This document shows, one piece after another, positions 42,850 to 53,148 of a DNA stretch of 64,000 nucleotides. The translations under genes were made by a program, and so were the position numbers. The DNA is taken from positions 256,001 through 320,000 of the forward strand of contig CAWFKH010000006.1 in assembly GCA_963816355.1 (NCBI GenBank), given 5' to 3'. This stretch comes from an uncultured Gemmatimonadales bacterium. GTDB lineage: Bacteria > Gemmatimonadota > Gemmatimonadetes > Longimicrobiales > RSA9. A model generated the notes under the pieces. It was not told where the DNA came from, ran no database searches, and saw nothing but the letters and a program-made list of their open reading frames with translations. Position 1 is the first letter of the stretch, and each line of letters begins with the position of its first letter.

Positions 42850-45304
42850 CGCACTCCTCGACTTTGACCTGGCCGATGAGGTTGCGGCGCGGTTGGACCT
42901 GAGGGAGCCTAACAAGCAGGCGCTCCTCTCCATCACGTACGCACTCAGCCGCCACTACGATGCTGGTGGCCAGCCGCCATTCGAGGGCGTTGTGGACGTC
43001 GCCACAGGCGTAGGGAAAACCTACGTTATGGCGGCGGCCATCGAGTACTTCACGGCCCTTGGATTCAAGCACTACGCCGTGATCGCCCCCGGATCGACGA
43101 TCTTGGACAAGACGGTGCTGAACTTCACGTCGGGTAACCCCAAGAGCTTGCTTCGCGGGATGAACGTGAAGCCGGGACTGATCACGGCCGAGACATTCGA
43201 CAGCCCCATGGTCGCCATGCAGATGGAAGATCACCAGGCGACGAAGCTATACGTTTTTACAGTCCAATCCTTGCTAAAGCCGACGACCAAGCAGGGCCGC
43301 CGCACGCACGAGTTCCGTGAAGCGCTGGGCGAGGCCTTCTACGAGAAGCTGGTCGCGGAGCCCGATCTGATCGTCTTCGCTGACGAGCACCACACCTACT
43401 ACGGTCCGGCCTTCTCTCGCGCGATCCGTGATCTGAAGCCCTACGCCCTGATCGGTTTGACCGCCACTCCGCACCAGAGGACGCCACGGGAGCAGATAAT
43501 CTACCGCTACCCTCTGGCCGCGGCGATCGCTGATCGGTACGTGAAGACGCCGGTAATCGTTGGCCGGCGCGACGACCGAGATGACGCTCGGACCAAGCTC
43601 GCCGACGGTGCGCGCCTGCTCGAGTTCAAAGCCGAAGCGGTACGCTCGTTCGCCGCCGCGAACCGCCTGGAACCTGTGAACCCGATCATGCTGGTGATCG
43701 CACGGACCATCAATGAGGCGGAGGAGTACGCCGACCTGCTCCAATCGCCGGAGTTCATGGATGGCCGCTTCAGGGGCCGTGTGCTAACGATCCACTCGGA
43801 TCAGAGTGATGCGGCCCTCGCCGACCTCGAGAAGATCGAGCGGCCGAACAGCCCGTTCAGGATCGTCGTCTCCATCGGCATGCTCAAGGAGGGATGGGAC
43901 GTCAAGAACGTCTACGTAATCGCGTCCATGCGCGCCTCCGTGTCCGAGATCCTCACGGAGCAGACCCTCGGGCGCGGCCTGCGCCTGCCTTTCGGCCGCT
44001 ACACCGGAATCGAGATGCTGGATACCCTCGAGGTAGTTGCTCACGAGAGCTACCAGGCCCTGCTGAAGCGCGCCGACATCCTGAAGGAGGAGTTGATCGA
44101 CTACCGGACGCTGCAGGCCCGCAATGCAGACCTCGCCGGCACCACGTCGGAAGTCCAAGAGGTCCGGCCGGAGATCTTTGTGTCCGGAGCCGGTCACGGC
44201 GGGGGCGCGGTCCGGGAACGGCAGCCCGGCTTTTCCAATGCCGGGGACATGGAGCAGCAGGGTGGCTTCACGATCACATCGCTCGAGGAGCGCACAGAGG
44301 CGGTCTCGCAGCAGGTGGAGGGGCTGCAGACGGTAATTGAGGCGCTGCCGGAGTTTACCAATGTCGTCATCCCGATCGTGACCATGACGGCGGTCAAAGG
44401 CGAGTTCTCCCTCGCCAATGTCGACCCGGAGGTGTTCCGGAAGCTAGGCGAGCGGCACGCGGCGGATCCCGAAGCGCTGCTTCTCCGTACCGTCATTTCC
44501 GCCGAGGCGGAGGGCGATGACGGACGGAACGTGCGGCTCGTGACTCGGACTGCGGCGGACAAGGTCGCCGGATCGAAGATCGACGTGCCTCTGCAGGAGA
44601 GCTTGGCGTCCATACGGCGTATTATCGGGGGCTCAGACGAGGTACCCGCCCGAGGGAAGGAACTGACCTTCCTTGACGGTCTGGTGAACGCGTACGTGAG
44701 CGGCCTGGGCGACAAAGCCGAGGAGGTGCTCGGCGCCTTCCCGCTGCGGGCCGTCGCGGCTTTCCGGAAAGAACTCCAGGCGGCACAGCGGTCGTTGCAC
44801 GCGAAGCCCCAGATCGGCGAGCTATTCGAAACGCGCGCGTTAGGCCGGACGCGTCAAGGTAGGGCGCAGACTAGCCGGAATCTCGCGGGCAAGTTCGAGA
44901 AGGGTGTCGGCTACGAAGGGTGGAAGAAGAGCTACTTCCCGCAGGTCTGGTTCGACTCCGATCCCGAATTTCGATTGGCGCGCGTTGCCGACGACGCCGA
45001 GACCGTGGAGTTCTGGGTGCGGCTCACATTGGGCGACCTGAAGATTATGTATACGTCGGGGGAGAACCACTATAACCCCGATTTCTTGATCGTGCTCAAG
45101 GACGGCACGCACCTCCTGGTCGAGGTGAAAGCGGCGAAGGCGGTATCCAATGAGATCGTTCAGAAGAAGAAGGATGCTGCGAAGCGCTGGGCCCGGCACG
45201 CGTCGGCGGAGATGGGTGGGAGGTGGGAGTACCTGCTCGTCACCGAGGAAGACATCAAGGCGAGCCGCGGTTCCTGGGCGGCGGTGCGGGCGGCGGGGCA
45301 GTAA
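42842..45304 (+). CDS. res: Type III R-M restriction subunit (Res)
   Basis: ATGVGKT, DEHH, LTATP, EGWDV, EQTLGRGLR; C-terminal YNPDF...VEVK nuclease. Confidence 0.9.
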   Translation: MPDALLDFDLADEVAARLDLREPNKQALLSITYALSRHYDAGGQPPFEGVVDVATGVGKTYVMAAAIEYFTALGFKHYAVIAPGSTILDKTVLNFTSGNPKSLLRGMNVKPGLITAETFDSPMVAMQMEDHQATKLYVFTVQSLLKPTTKQGRRTHEFREALGEAFYEKLVAEPDLIVFADEHHTYYGPAFSRAIRDLKPYALIGLTATPHQRTPREQIIYRYPLAAAIADRYVKTPVIVGRRDDRDDARTKLADGARLLEFKAEAVRSFAAANRLEPVNPIMLVIARTINEAEEYADLLQSPEFMDGRFRGRVLTIHSDQSDAALADLEKIERPNSPFRIVVSIGMLKEGWDVKNVYVIASMRASVSEILTEQTLGRGLRLPFGRYTGIEMLDTLEVVAHESYQALLKRADILKEELIDYRTLQARNADLAGTTSEVQEVRPEIFVSGAGHGGGAVRERQPGFSNAGDMEQQGGFTITSLEERTEAVSQQVEGLQTVIEALPEFTNVVIPIVTMTAVKGEFSLANVDPEVFRKLGERHAADPEALLLRTVISAEAEGDDGRNVRLVTRTAADKVAGSKIDVPLQESLASIRRIIGGSDEVPARGKELTFLDGLVNAYVSGLGDKAEEVLGAFPLRAVAAFRKELQAAQRSLHAKPQIGELFETRALGRTRQGRAQTSRNLAGKFEKGVGYEGWKKSYFPQVWFDSDPEFRLARVADDAETVEFWVRLTLGDLKIMYTSGENHYNPDFLIVLKDGTHLLVEVKAAKAVSNEIVQKKKDAAKRWARHASAEMGGRWEYLLVTEEDIKASRGSWAAVRAAGQ

Positions 45305-45313
45305 TCCCCCCAG

Positions 45314-46264
45314 TCACACCGCCAAGAGGTCGATCCTGAAGTCCTCCTGACTTCTGTGACCAGAGGGATCCTCCCACCCGACTACGACCTCGAACTCGGT
45401 CGGTGAGCCCATTGTGGGGGCCGCCATTAGAGACACGCATTCTCGTGGCCGGAGTTTTGACACCGGGAACTTCCGTTCTGCCTCCCCGGAGATCAGGACG
45501 TCCTCTTCACCTTCGTCCAGGGGCTTGAAGGCATCCAAGGTAACGTTTCTCGCCTCTGCATCGCCGTCATTCGTGAAGTCGATCCACAGCGTGCCTTGTT
45601 GCCTATGGGGCCTGACCGATACGCGAACAAAGGCACTCGGACGTGACTCGGCGGGTGTCGGCGGCGGCTGGTTCTCCGGGAGCTGCGGCAGCGGCTCCTC
45701 ACGCAACACATCCGCGATAATGTCATCGAGCGCCAGTACGTGGTGCGCAAGCTGTATGGCCGTCGACTGGACGATCATGTTGGCGACGGCACCCATCAGC
45801 GGGTTTCCGGAAAGACTCTCCCATCTCTTCCGCAGTTCGGCATCATAATCGTGGAAGACCGAGCCGTACAGCCACGCCTCGAAAACGGCTTCATGGCCCA
45901 TTCCATCCATCTCGACCTGTTTGCTCCTGACCACGGCGAGGTAGCTGTCCCGCACACGGGCCAGTTGCGGCCGGCGTTCCTCGCACCACTTCGACAGAAT
46001 GTTGAGCGACCGGAGGAGATTTGCCCCATCGCTCTGTGCGTACGTTCTGCGGAGGGCGATCATGAACGAACGGAATCGCTCGTTGTCGTGGCCCCGACGC
46101 GAGATCGAGACTGGCGCTCCGGTGCGGACTGAGATGGAGACGCCGACGTCGCCACCCGCCCGGATGATAGTCGAGTCGAAGATTTCGGCCGCGGCGCGAC
46201 GAAGCGCATGCAGGTGTGACAACTCCTCCGGCTCGAATGCGGGTATGTGTGCTGTGATCGTCAT
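45314..46264 (-). CDS. Hypothetical two-domain protein
   Basis: Helical N-terminal domain (WLYGSVFH), Pro-rich linker, beta-rich C-terminal domain. Confidence 0.65.
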   Translation of the reverse strand: MTITAHIPAFEPEELSHLHALRRAAAEIFDSTIIRAGGDVGVSISVRTGAPVSISRRGHDNERFRSFMIALRRTYAQSDGANLLRSLNILSKWCEERRPQLARVRDSYLAVVRSKQVEMDGMGHEAVFEAWLYGSVFHDYDAELRKRWESLSGNPLMGAVANMIVQSTAIQLAHHVLALDDIIADVLREEPLPQLPENQPPPTPAESRPSAFVRVSVRPHRQQGTLWIDFTNDGDAEARNVTLDAFKPLDEGEEDVLISGEAERKFPVSKLRPRECVSLMAAPTMGSPTEFEVVVGWEDPSGHRSQEDFRIDLLAV

Positions 46265-46300
46265 GCCCCTCCAGTACCTACACGACACTGCGTCGGGTCG

Positions 46301-47110
46301 CTAGTCGTTTGCTCCCTCGTCGGCACGTTTCCGCGCGACGTACGCACCGGCCGCCGCGGCGAGCGTTACAATGAGCTCGGCCTCGGCCTGCTCGACTGCG
46401 CCGCCTTCGCGGATATGCCGCGCTCGTTCTGACGCGTACCCCCAGACCTTTTCCAATGCGGAGTCGAGAGGCCTCGGAACGAGGTTCGGATACCGTTTGA
46501 GAATCGCCCCCAGGGTGGCGGATGAGTCACCGACGGCATCGCGTGAAATGCATTCGAGGCCGGCGAGCGCGTGCTGCACGGCGCCTGTCACGTCAGGCTC
46601 CGGCCGTCGCGACAAGTCCAGTAGCGCCTCGTGGAACTCGCGTTGGGCAGTGCGGCGCGACGGACCGGCAAGTTCTCCTGCGACCGCATTCACGGCGGCC
46701 TCGAAGTGCTCAGGACCACGAATCTCAATCCCGCCATCCACCAAGTGCCAGCCGACACCAGCCTCGGAGAAGTACTGGTTGACCTCGCGCTCGAATGAGT
46801 CTGCGCGATCGGAGCCCTCTGCATGCTGCGCAATCGCTTCGATGATGTCGTACGCACGAAACCACTCCGCCGAAGCCATCAAGCTCTGCACCTCACCCCA
46901 GATATTCGGGAACTCAGACCAGTTGTAGTCATCAGGCGCAACGCGCAGAACTCTGCAGATCACACCGCGGAGCTCGCTAGGGCGGTAGCCAACGTCCAAC
47001 GCGATCTGAAGGACCGCGTCTCTCACGTGCTGAGGCGCATCATTCCGGATCGTGATTTCGACGGGCTTGGTCGAGAAGCCTCGCCGCTGGGAGAATCGTT
47101 CGCGTGGCAC
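46301..47110 (-). CDS. AbiJ N-terminal-domain-like protein
   Basis: RFSQRRG..I.IRNDAP, WFRAYDIIE, ALEKVWGYASE.ARH; pattern recalled from AbiJ_NTD4 proteins. Confidence 0.6.
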   Translation of the reverse strand: MPRERFSQRRGFSTKPVEITIRNDAPQHVRDAVLQIALDVGYRPSELRGVICRVLRVAPDDYNWSEFPNIWGEVQSLMASAEWFRAYDIIEAIAQHAEGSDRADSFEREVNQYFSEAGVGWHLVDGGIEIRGPEHFEAAVNAVAGELAGPSRRTAQREFHEALLDLSRRPEPDVTGAVQHALAGLECISRDAVGDSSATLGAILKRYPNLVPRPLDSALEKVWGYASERARHIREGGAVEQAEAELIVTLAAAAGAYVARKRADEGAND

Positions 47111-47141
47111 AGTGCTGGAAATGAGAGTGTAGGCCCGAGCC

Positions 47142-47594
47142 TTACGCTGCGTTCAACATCTCGAGTTCGGCCAAGTCCTCGGTGAAGTCGAACACGAGCT
47201 GAATCGGCGCGCTGTCCGGATTCGAGTCGTTGTAGCTGTCCACGTCCGTCTTCAACTGCCGGCAGTCGTCAACGATTCTCTCACGTCTCTGCTGAAATGC
47301 CACCTGCATGTGCTGCCGTGGCGCCGTGCGGATATTGTCCCAAAGAACCGTCTGTCCCGAGCGCACAGCGTGCATCGTGCGCACACGTCTGTTCTTGTCG
47401 TCGGTATAGTACTCTTCACGCAACGCCCGTGCGATCTCCTTGGCACACTGCCGCACCGCCGCCTGCGGGTGTGGCCGATAGAGCCCGGCGTTCATTGCCC
47501 ACTCCGCCATGACGCGGGCCTCCGCCGGCCAAGGGTTGCCGGACATTCGGTATGTCCGCACGATCCTCTGGAGCTGCTCCTGCTTCGTTGACAT
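47142..47594 (-). CDS. Hypothetical protein in the HigBA operon
   Basis: MSTKQEQLQRIV...; 150-aa ORF immediately downstream of HigA. Confidence 0.7.
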   Translation of the reverse strand: MSTKQEQLQRIVRTYRMSGNPWPAEARVMAEWAMNAGLYRPHPQAAVRQCAKEIARALREEYYTDDKNRRVRTMHAVRSGQTVLWDNIRTAPRQHMQVAFQQRRERIVDDCRQLKTDVDSYNDSNPDSAPIQLVFDFTEDLAELEMLNAA

Positions 47595-47620
47595 CGTTCC
47601 TCGCATCTCCTCTGAGATCG

Positions 47621-48736
47621 TCAAACAGGACAGAAGTGCCCGTATCCGTCCGTCATGGCAGCCGAGGTGACGAACTCCCGGATGCCGACCAAGTGCTTCC
47701 TCAGCCAGTTGTAGCGCTCGATACGGTACTGAAGCCTCCCTACTACGATTCCCGGGTGCACACCATGCCGCCGAGCGAAACCGATCACTTTCCGCTCCGA
47801 GAACAGCGGCTGGACACGCAGGATGAAGTGCTCCAGATCCTCTTGTTTTACGCCGAACGAGGCTGCTGCCGAGTTCGCCGCCGCCTCCTGTTCCGTGAGA
47901 GCGTGAGTGTCCGGCCTCATGTCCGAGTCGATCGCCGCGTCCTGTCGAAGGACGTGCTCGAGCTCGTGCCTCAGGACGAACCAGAAGTTGTCGATCCTGT
48001 CGAAGCGCAACGTGAGGGCCACCACGGGTCGCCATGGGTCAAGCCAGAAGCACGCGCCGTCGATCTTCGATCCAGCGAGCGGCTCCACTACGAGAAATCG
48101 CACTCCGCAGGCCTCCAGGATCGCCGGCACTCGCCGGGTCTCCTCCGGTTCCGACATCAAGGCTTCGATCTCAGCCAGCCGGCTACGCAGCAACGACTCT
48201 GAGTACTTGCCGACTTGCATTGCTTCCGCGCACTGCTTGACGCGAAACACCCACGCCAGCTGCTGAGGTGAATCCCCGACGTCCAGCGACCCCGCGAGCC
48301 CCTTCCTGGCAGCGAAAGCGAGCGTCGGCTTCTCATCAGCCGAGCGAATTCCGAAAAACGACAGGACCTGATGCTCCAGGATCTCAGGGTCCTCCGCGTC
48401 CTCGATCCAGCCGCGCTGGATCATGTCCCGCACGGGGAACTTGCCGCGCAGGCGGGCCTGCACAGCAATCCGGTCGGGCGCCTCGTCGGCCTGGTGGAGG
48501 CGGTACGCCGCTTCCAGATTGAGCCAGAACATCGGGCTCGTTCCGAAGGCCGCGGCCAGCTCCTTGGCAGTTCCAGGCGTGATCGCCCTCTTCCCGTTGA
48601 TTATCTGGCTGACCAGGTTCGGCGGCCGCCCGATGATCTCCGCAAACTCCTGCTGCGACCATCCCCGAGCTTCCAACTCATCGCTCAGGAACTCCCCAGG
48701 GGAAAAGACCTCGGCGGGACTGAGCTTCTCAGCCAT
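47621..48736 (-). CDS. higA: HigA-type HTH antitoxin fused to an ImmA/IrrE Zn peptidase
   Basis: PGEFLSDEL..WSQQEFAEIIG..FWLNLEAAY; FWFVLRHELEH; EAAAN. Confidence 0.88.
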   Translation of the reverse strand: MAEKLSPAEVFSPGEFLSDELEARGWSQQEFAEIIGRPPNLVSQIINGKRAITPGTAKELAAAFGTSPMFWLNLEAAYRLHQADEAPDRIAVQARLRGKFPVRDMIQRGWIEDAEDPEILEHQVLSFFGIRSADEKPTLAFAARKGLAGSLDVGDSPQQLAWVFRVKQCAEAMQVGKYSESLLRSRLAEIEALMSEPEETRRVPAILEACGVRFLVVEPLAGSKIDGACFWLDPWRPVVALTLRFDRIDNFWFVLRHELEHVLRQDAAIDSDMRPDTHALTEQEAAANSAAASFGVKQEDLEHFILRVQPLFSERKVIGFARRHGVHPGIVVGRLQYRIERYNWLRKHLVGIREFVTSAAMTDGYGHFCPV

Positions 48737-48753
48737 GTAATCCTCCTCGGTCA

Positions 48754-49047
48754 TCAGTGGTAATCCTCGATTCCTATCACCCGGACCTTCTTACGGGCTC
48801 CCGTTTCGTCCAGTTCAATGATCAGCCTCCATTGTTGATTCAAGCGCATGGATCTCTGAGGCTCCCGCCCCTGCAGCTTCTCGAAATGGAGCGACTTCAT
48901 AGCGTACAGGTCGCGCTCATCCATGGCGTTGTCGATCACCTGCATGCACTTCCGGAACGCCTTGACGATCGCCTGCGAGGACCGGCCGCCGTAGCGCTTG
49001 TTCGTATACATGTCGGCGAGTTCATCGTCGAGGATCTCCCACTCCAT
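48754..49047 (-). CDS. higB: HigB/RelE-family toxin (plasmid-maintenance killer type)
   Basis: SLHFEKLQG..SMRLNQQWRLI..IEDYH. Confidence 0.9.
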   Translation of the reverse strand: MEWEILDDELADMYTNKRYGGRSSQAIVKAFRKCMQVIDNAMDERDLYAMKSLHFEKLQGREPQRSMRLNQQWRLIIELDETGARKKVRVIGIEDYH

Positions 49048-49800
49048 GGTGAACCTAACAAGCCCGATGCGAAATGCAATGACGAGTTACGTCATGCGTC
49101 ATCCGTGCGTTTCTCTGAGGCGACCGGACAGCAGGCGGGACCCGGTGCGTCGAGCCGCCCTCAGGCCCATTGATGCCAACGGCGACCGGTGCCTGGCCCC
49201 CGGCGGGATCCGGTGCCGCCGTTCGTCCCCGGTAGCGTGGCTCAACGGGCCCGAACCACGGACCCGACAACCCCGGGAGGCACCATGCGCGACCACGTAA
49301 TCGAACTCACGCAGAAGCCCTATCAGGATTCGCAGATCGAAGAAGTAATCGAGCAGCTCGAGGCCGTCGATCTGGCACTCGGGACAGCACCTCGCCCACT
49401 TTGCGCTAATCGGCCCGTAGCATTCGACGCGTCCCGGAACACGTAGGTGCCACCCGAGCCCTCAGTGGTACCGCGCACGGATCGCCGAATGGTGCCGCGA
49501 CCCCGCAGTGCGCGCGGCCTTCGGCACCGAAGCCGTCACCAGCACTGCGCTGGCCGTACACCACCTGACGGACGAGGAGCTCCTCGTCTTCGTGCACGAC
49601 CTCATCGATCGCGCGTCCGCTGCTGCGATTCGGTCCTCGAGGGCGCACGGGCCCGGCGCCGCGCCGGGTAGCGCAGCCGGGTGGTCGCCAGTGCGCCAGG
49701 TCCTTCAGCGTGCTGGTCGACCCGGTGAAGGAGCCGAGGGTCACAGGAACTGTGCGGGCCGTCGTATGCCCGACGGGCGCACAACCATGGAGAGACGAAG

Positions 49801-50523
49801 ATGTTGACCATCGCAGTGAGCAACCGGAAGGGCGGGTCGGGGAAGACGAGCCTGGCCGTCAATGTGGCCGCCGCGTACGGGCAGACGCAGCCGACGCTGC
49901 TCATCGACCTGGACCCGCAGGCGGACGCCTCCGCCGCTCTGGGGATCAACGACGACACGGGGCAGGCGCTGGCGGACGCGCTCGTGGGCCGCGCCAGCCT
50001 GGACGCGTCCATCCGGGCGACCGAATGGGGGCTGGACGTGGCGCCGGGCGGAGAGGCGGTCAGCCACGTGCTCGATTCCGTCTCTCCCGACGCGGTCTGG
50101 ACGGCGATCGCGTCGGTTCGGTCCCGCCGCTACCGCGCTGTCGTGATCGACTGTCCGCCGGCCCTCAGCCGCCTCGTCCTTGCCGCTTGGCGTGCCGCGC
50201 CGGACGCCATCACAGTGCTCCCGGTGGACAACCCCTCGGCGCTGCGGGCGGTGCGTCGGTTCCGCCACGCCTGGGACGACGCCGGCCTGGACCCTCCCTA
50301 CCTGCGCGTCGTGCTCAGCCGGTTCGATGAGCGGCGGGTCATCGACCGGAAGCTGGCGGAGGAGGCGCGGGAGGGCCCGGAACTGCTGCTCGACGCGCGG
50401 ATTCGCGAGAGCGTGGTCGTCCCGGAGAGCGCGGCGTGGCAGCAGCCGTTGGTCGAATACGCCCCCCGGCACGCCCTGACCGAGGACATCCGCCGCGTCG
50501 CGAGGGAGTTGGCCGATGCCTAG
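49801..50523 (+). CDS. parA: ParA family ATPase
   Basis: NRKGGSGKTS, LLIDLDPQA, VIDCPP. Confidence 0.92.
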   Translation: MLTIAVSNRKGGSGKTSLAVNVAAAYGQTQPTLLIDLDPQADASAALGINDDTGQALADALVGRASLDASIRATEWGLDVAPGGEAVSHVLDSVSPDAVWTAIASVRSRRYRAVVIDCPPALSRLVLAAWRAAPDAITVLPVDNPSALRAVRRFRHAWDDAGLDPPYLRVVLSRFDERRVIDRKLAEEAREGPELLLDARIRESVVVPESAAWQQPLVEYAPRHALTEDIRRVARELADA

Positions 50524-51440
50524 CAAGAAGATGCCGGCGAGCGTCGCCGGAGCGGAGGCCCCGCGACGGACCCGTCCTCAGCAAGACGAAGGGGGAAGCC
50601 GACGCAGAACGAGCGGAAGGCGCGTAGGAAGGCCCGGGAGCGGAGGATCTCGGTCTTCAAGCTCGAGGCCCATCCCCTCCAGCCCGCGAGCCGCCACGCT
50701 CGAGAGAACGTCGTCGACCTCGCGAACTCGATCCGCGAGCTCGGGACGATGCTGGAGCCGCCGCTGGTGCGGCGGACGATCGACGGCGGGTACGTGATCC
50801 TCGCCGGACACAGGCGCTGCTACGCCTGGCGACACCTGGCCGCCGAAGGGGTGGTGGACCCTGAGATCGTCGTCTACGTGCTCGAGGGGATCAGCGAGGA
50901 GGACGCGGCGAAGTTCGTCGCGGCCGAGTACTTCCACCGTAAGCCGTACTCGGTGCTCCACACCGCTCGGATCGTCGGCGCGGCGCACCGTGCGATGTGC
51001 GCCGGGAGCGGCGAGGAGGTGCCGCTCCGGGAGCTGGAGGCGTGCTTCCGCTCGGCCGGACATCGCTCGGACACTACCTGACGATCCGACGCGCTCGACG
51101 ACGCCACCCTCGGGCCGCTTGTCCACTCGGTGGACAAGCCGTCCAAGTCGTTGCTGTACAAGGCGTTGAGCCAGGACGATTTTCGGGCAAGAGTGCGGGC
51201 CCTCAAGGCGATGCAGCGGAAGGCGAAGGAGCACGGCGCGGCGAAAGCCGGCGTCCGACGGTCGTCCATCCGGCGGTGAAGCGGCGGAAGAGGGGGAAGG
51301 GGTTCGTGCTAACGGTGAAGGTGGGCGTCAGGATGTCGTCGGAGGAGGTAGTGCGCTCGCGAAGCCCTCACGCGGGCCCTGGCGGAGATCGACGCCCGTC
51401 CACGGAGGAGCCAGCGGCTAAACGCACTGGCTGGATGAGG
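50516..51440 (+). CDS. parB: ParB family protein with multiple frameshifts (end approximate)
   Basis: LEAHPLQP..DLANSIRELGTMLEPPLVRR..YVILAGHRR, directly after parA. Confidence 0.7.
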
Positions 51441-51896
51441 CCTTGCGGCGGCCTGGACCCGGGCGCTGGATCAGAAGGGGCGGGCCCGGCCGACCCGGCT
51501 CGCTCCCTCCCCCTACCTCGCCATGTCCACTCCGATTCTTCGATGGTCCCGTCCACATCTTGCTGCCCGCCGATGCGCTCGCCCTCCTCGAAGCCCGACT
51601 CCGGCACACCCAGGAGGCCCTCGCCGACCACCTGATCGAGCGACGCCTCGACCAGGAGCGGATCGCCACGTTGAAGTTGCAGATCCAGGAACTCCTGAGC
51701 AGGTCGTGGCCCTTCGTCGGGCGCTGGCCTCCGGGAGCACTGCAGAACCGTCAGCCGCGCCAGGTCCGCCGGTGCGGAGTGGGCCTCGACGGTAGCGCTC
51801 TGCGGCGCCACGCAGGCGGCTCATCCCCGGTCGGATATAATCCCGCGGCCATCGGACGCCGGGTAGGCTGCCGCATCCCGAACCCTGGAGGTGCGG

Positions 51897-52898
51897 ATGC
51901 GCTACCCTGACCGGCCCAGCTCGATCGAACTCCTGGAGCCTCGAACACCCGCGGACCGGCGCGCGCTCTACGACCTCGTGCGCGAGGCGCTTCGGCCCAG
52001 GGGCACGCCGGCGGAGACGGCTCGGTCGCTCGCCCTCGCGGCCGTCCGACACCTGTCGGGATACGGCGGCCGGGTCCTGTTGAGCGGCGAGGACAGTCAG
52101 ACAAAGATCACGGTCGTCCGCACGCTCGCCGAGGCGCTCGACCTGCCGTTCCTGGAGATCGACATCGGCTCCCTTGCCGAGACCAACTGGAGGGGAAGCG
52201 ACCTCTCATTTTTTCTGGAGCGGCTCTATGCCCAGCTCGAGCAGCGGTACGCCCGTGCTTCTGTCCCTCGGATCGTGGAGCGCGCCTGCGTTCTGCTCAC
52301 ACACCTCGAGCGGGTACGCGTGCCCGGCGCCTATACGGGGAGCTCAGCCACCCGCGATTACCGCGAGGGGAAGGCCCTCAGTCTCTGCCCCCTTGCGGGC
52401 GAGGGAGTGGTCCCGGTGTCGAAGGATGAGGGGTGGGTACCTGTGGCCGAGCAAGCGGGCGCTGGTGATCGCCACCGCGCAGCTCGACGGGCTGACCACG
52501 CCGTGCCGGACGCGGAAGCGATGGAGCTCTGGGGGATCGCCCGGCCGCTGGCGGACGCCCTCGCAGCCTTCACATGGATCGAGGTCGGTTCGCTGGATAC
52601 CTCCGCCGTCGGGGCGGCCCTACGAACAGAGCTGCAGGCGGTCGTGGACAAATTCCTTGCGTTCGGATTCCATTTGCGGGTCCACGACCAGGTGCTCCGC
52701 TATCTGGTCGAGTTGATCACCTCCGGGACGCGCGCCGGCGATGTCGCGAGCGTTGCCGCAATCGTCGCGGCCTCGGCAGACCGGGCGCTCATTCGCCTGC
52801 TGGATGAGCAGGTCGGCCCTGGAGCCGTGTATGTGATGGCGAGGGATGACCTGGATCGGTCGATCGGTGTGCCCTCAGCAGGACCCTGGCGGGAATGA
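51897..52898 (+). CDS. Degenerate ClpX/HslU-like AAA+ protein
   Basis: RVLLSGEDSQTK..LAEALDLPFLEIDIGSLAETNWRGSD parallels ClpX; Walker A and B are degenerate. Confidence 0.6.
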   Translation: MRYPDRPSSIELLEPRTPADRRALYDLVREALRPRGTPAETARSLALAAVRHLSGYGGRVLLSGEDSQTKITVVRTLAEALDLPFLEIDIGSLAETNWRGSDLSFFLERLYAQLEQRYARASVPRIVERACVLLTHLERVRVPGAYTGSSATRDYREGKALSLCPLAGEGVVPVSKDEGWVPVAEQAGAGDRHRAARRADHAVPDAEAMELWGIARPLADALAAFTWIEVGSLDTSAVGAALRTELQAVVDKFLAFGFHLRVHDQVLRYLVELITSGTRAGDVASVAAIVAASADRALIRLLDEQVGPGAVYVMARDDLDRSIGVPSAGPWRE

Positions 52899-53148
52899 CG
52901 CATTATCTTCCCGCCCGAGCACTACTGCGTGCCGTAGAACCTCGTCTCCCGGTACGATACGCGACGAGGGAAGCGGACGGCACCACGGTAACGGGTTGGC
53001 CGCCGGCTAGCGATGCGTTATCGTTCCTGACACCTCTCCCCGGATCCGATCAAGGATCCTGTCGAATGCTCAAAGTCGCAGTGGTAATTACGGTAGCCTA
53101 CCCATTTCTTCGTGCCTGCCGCACGACGCTCGCCGGTGAGGAGACGCT

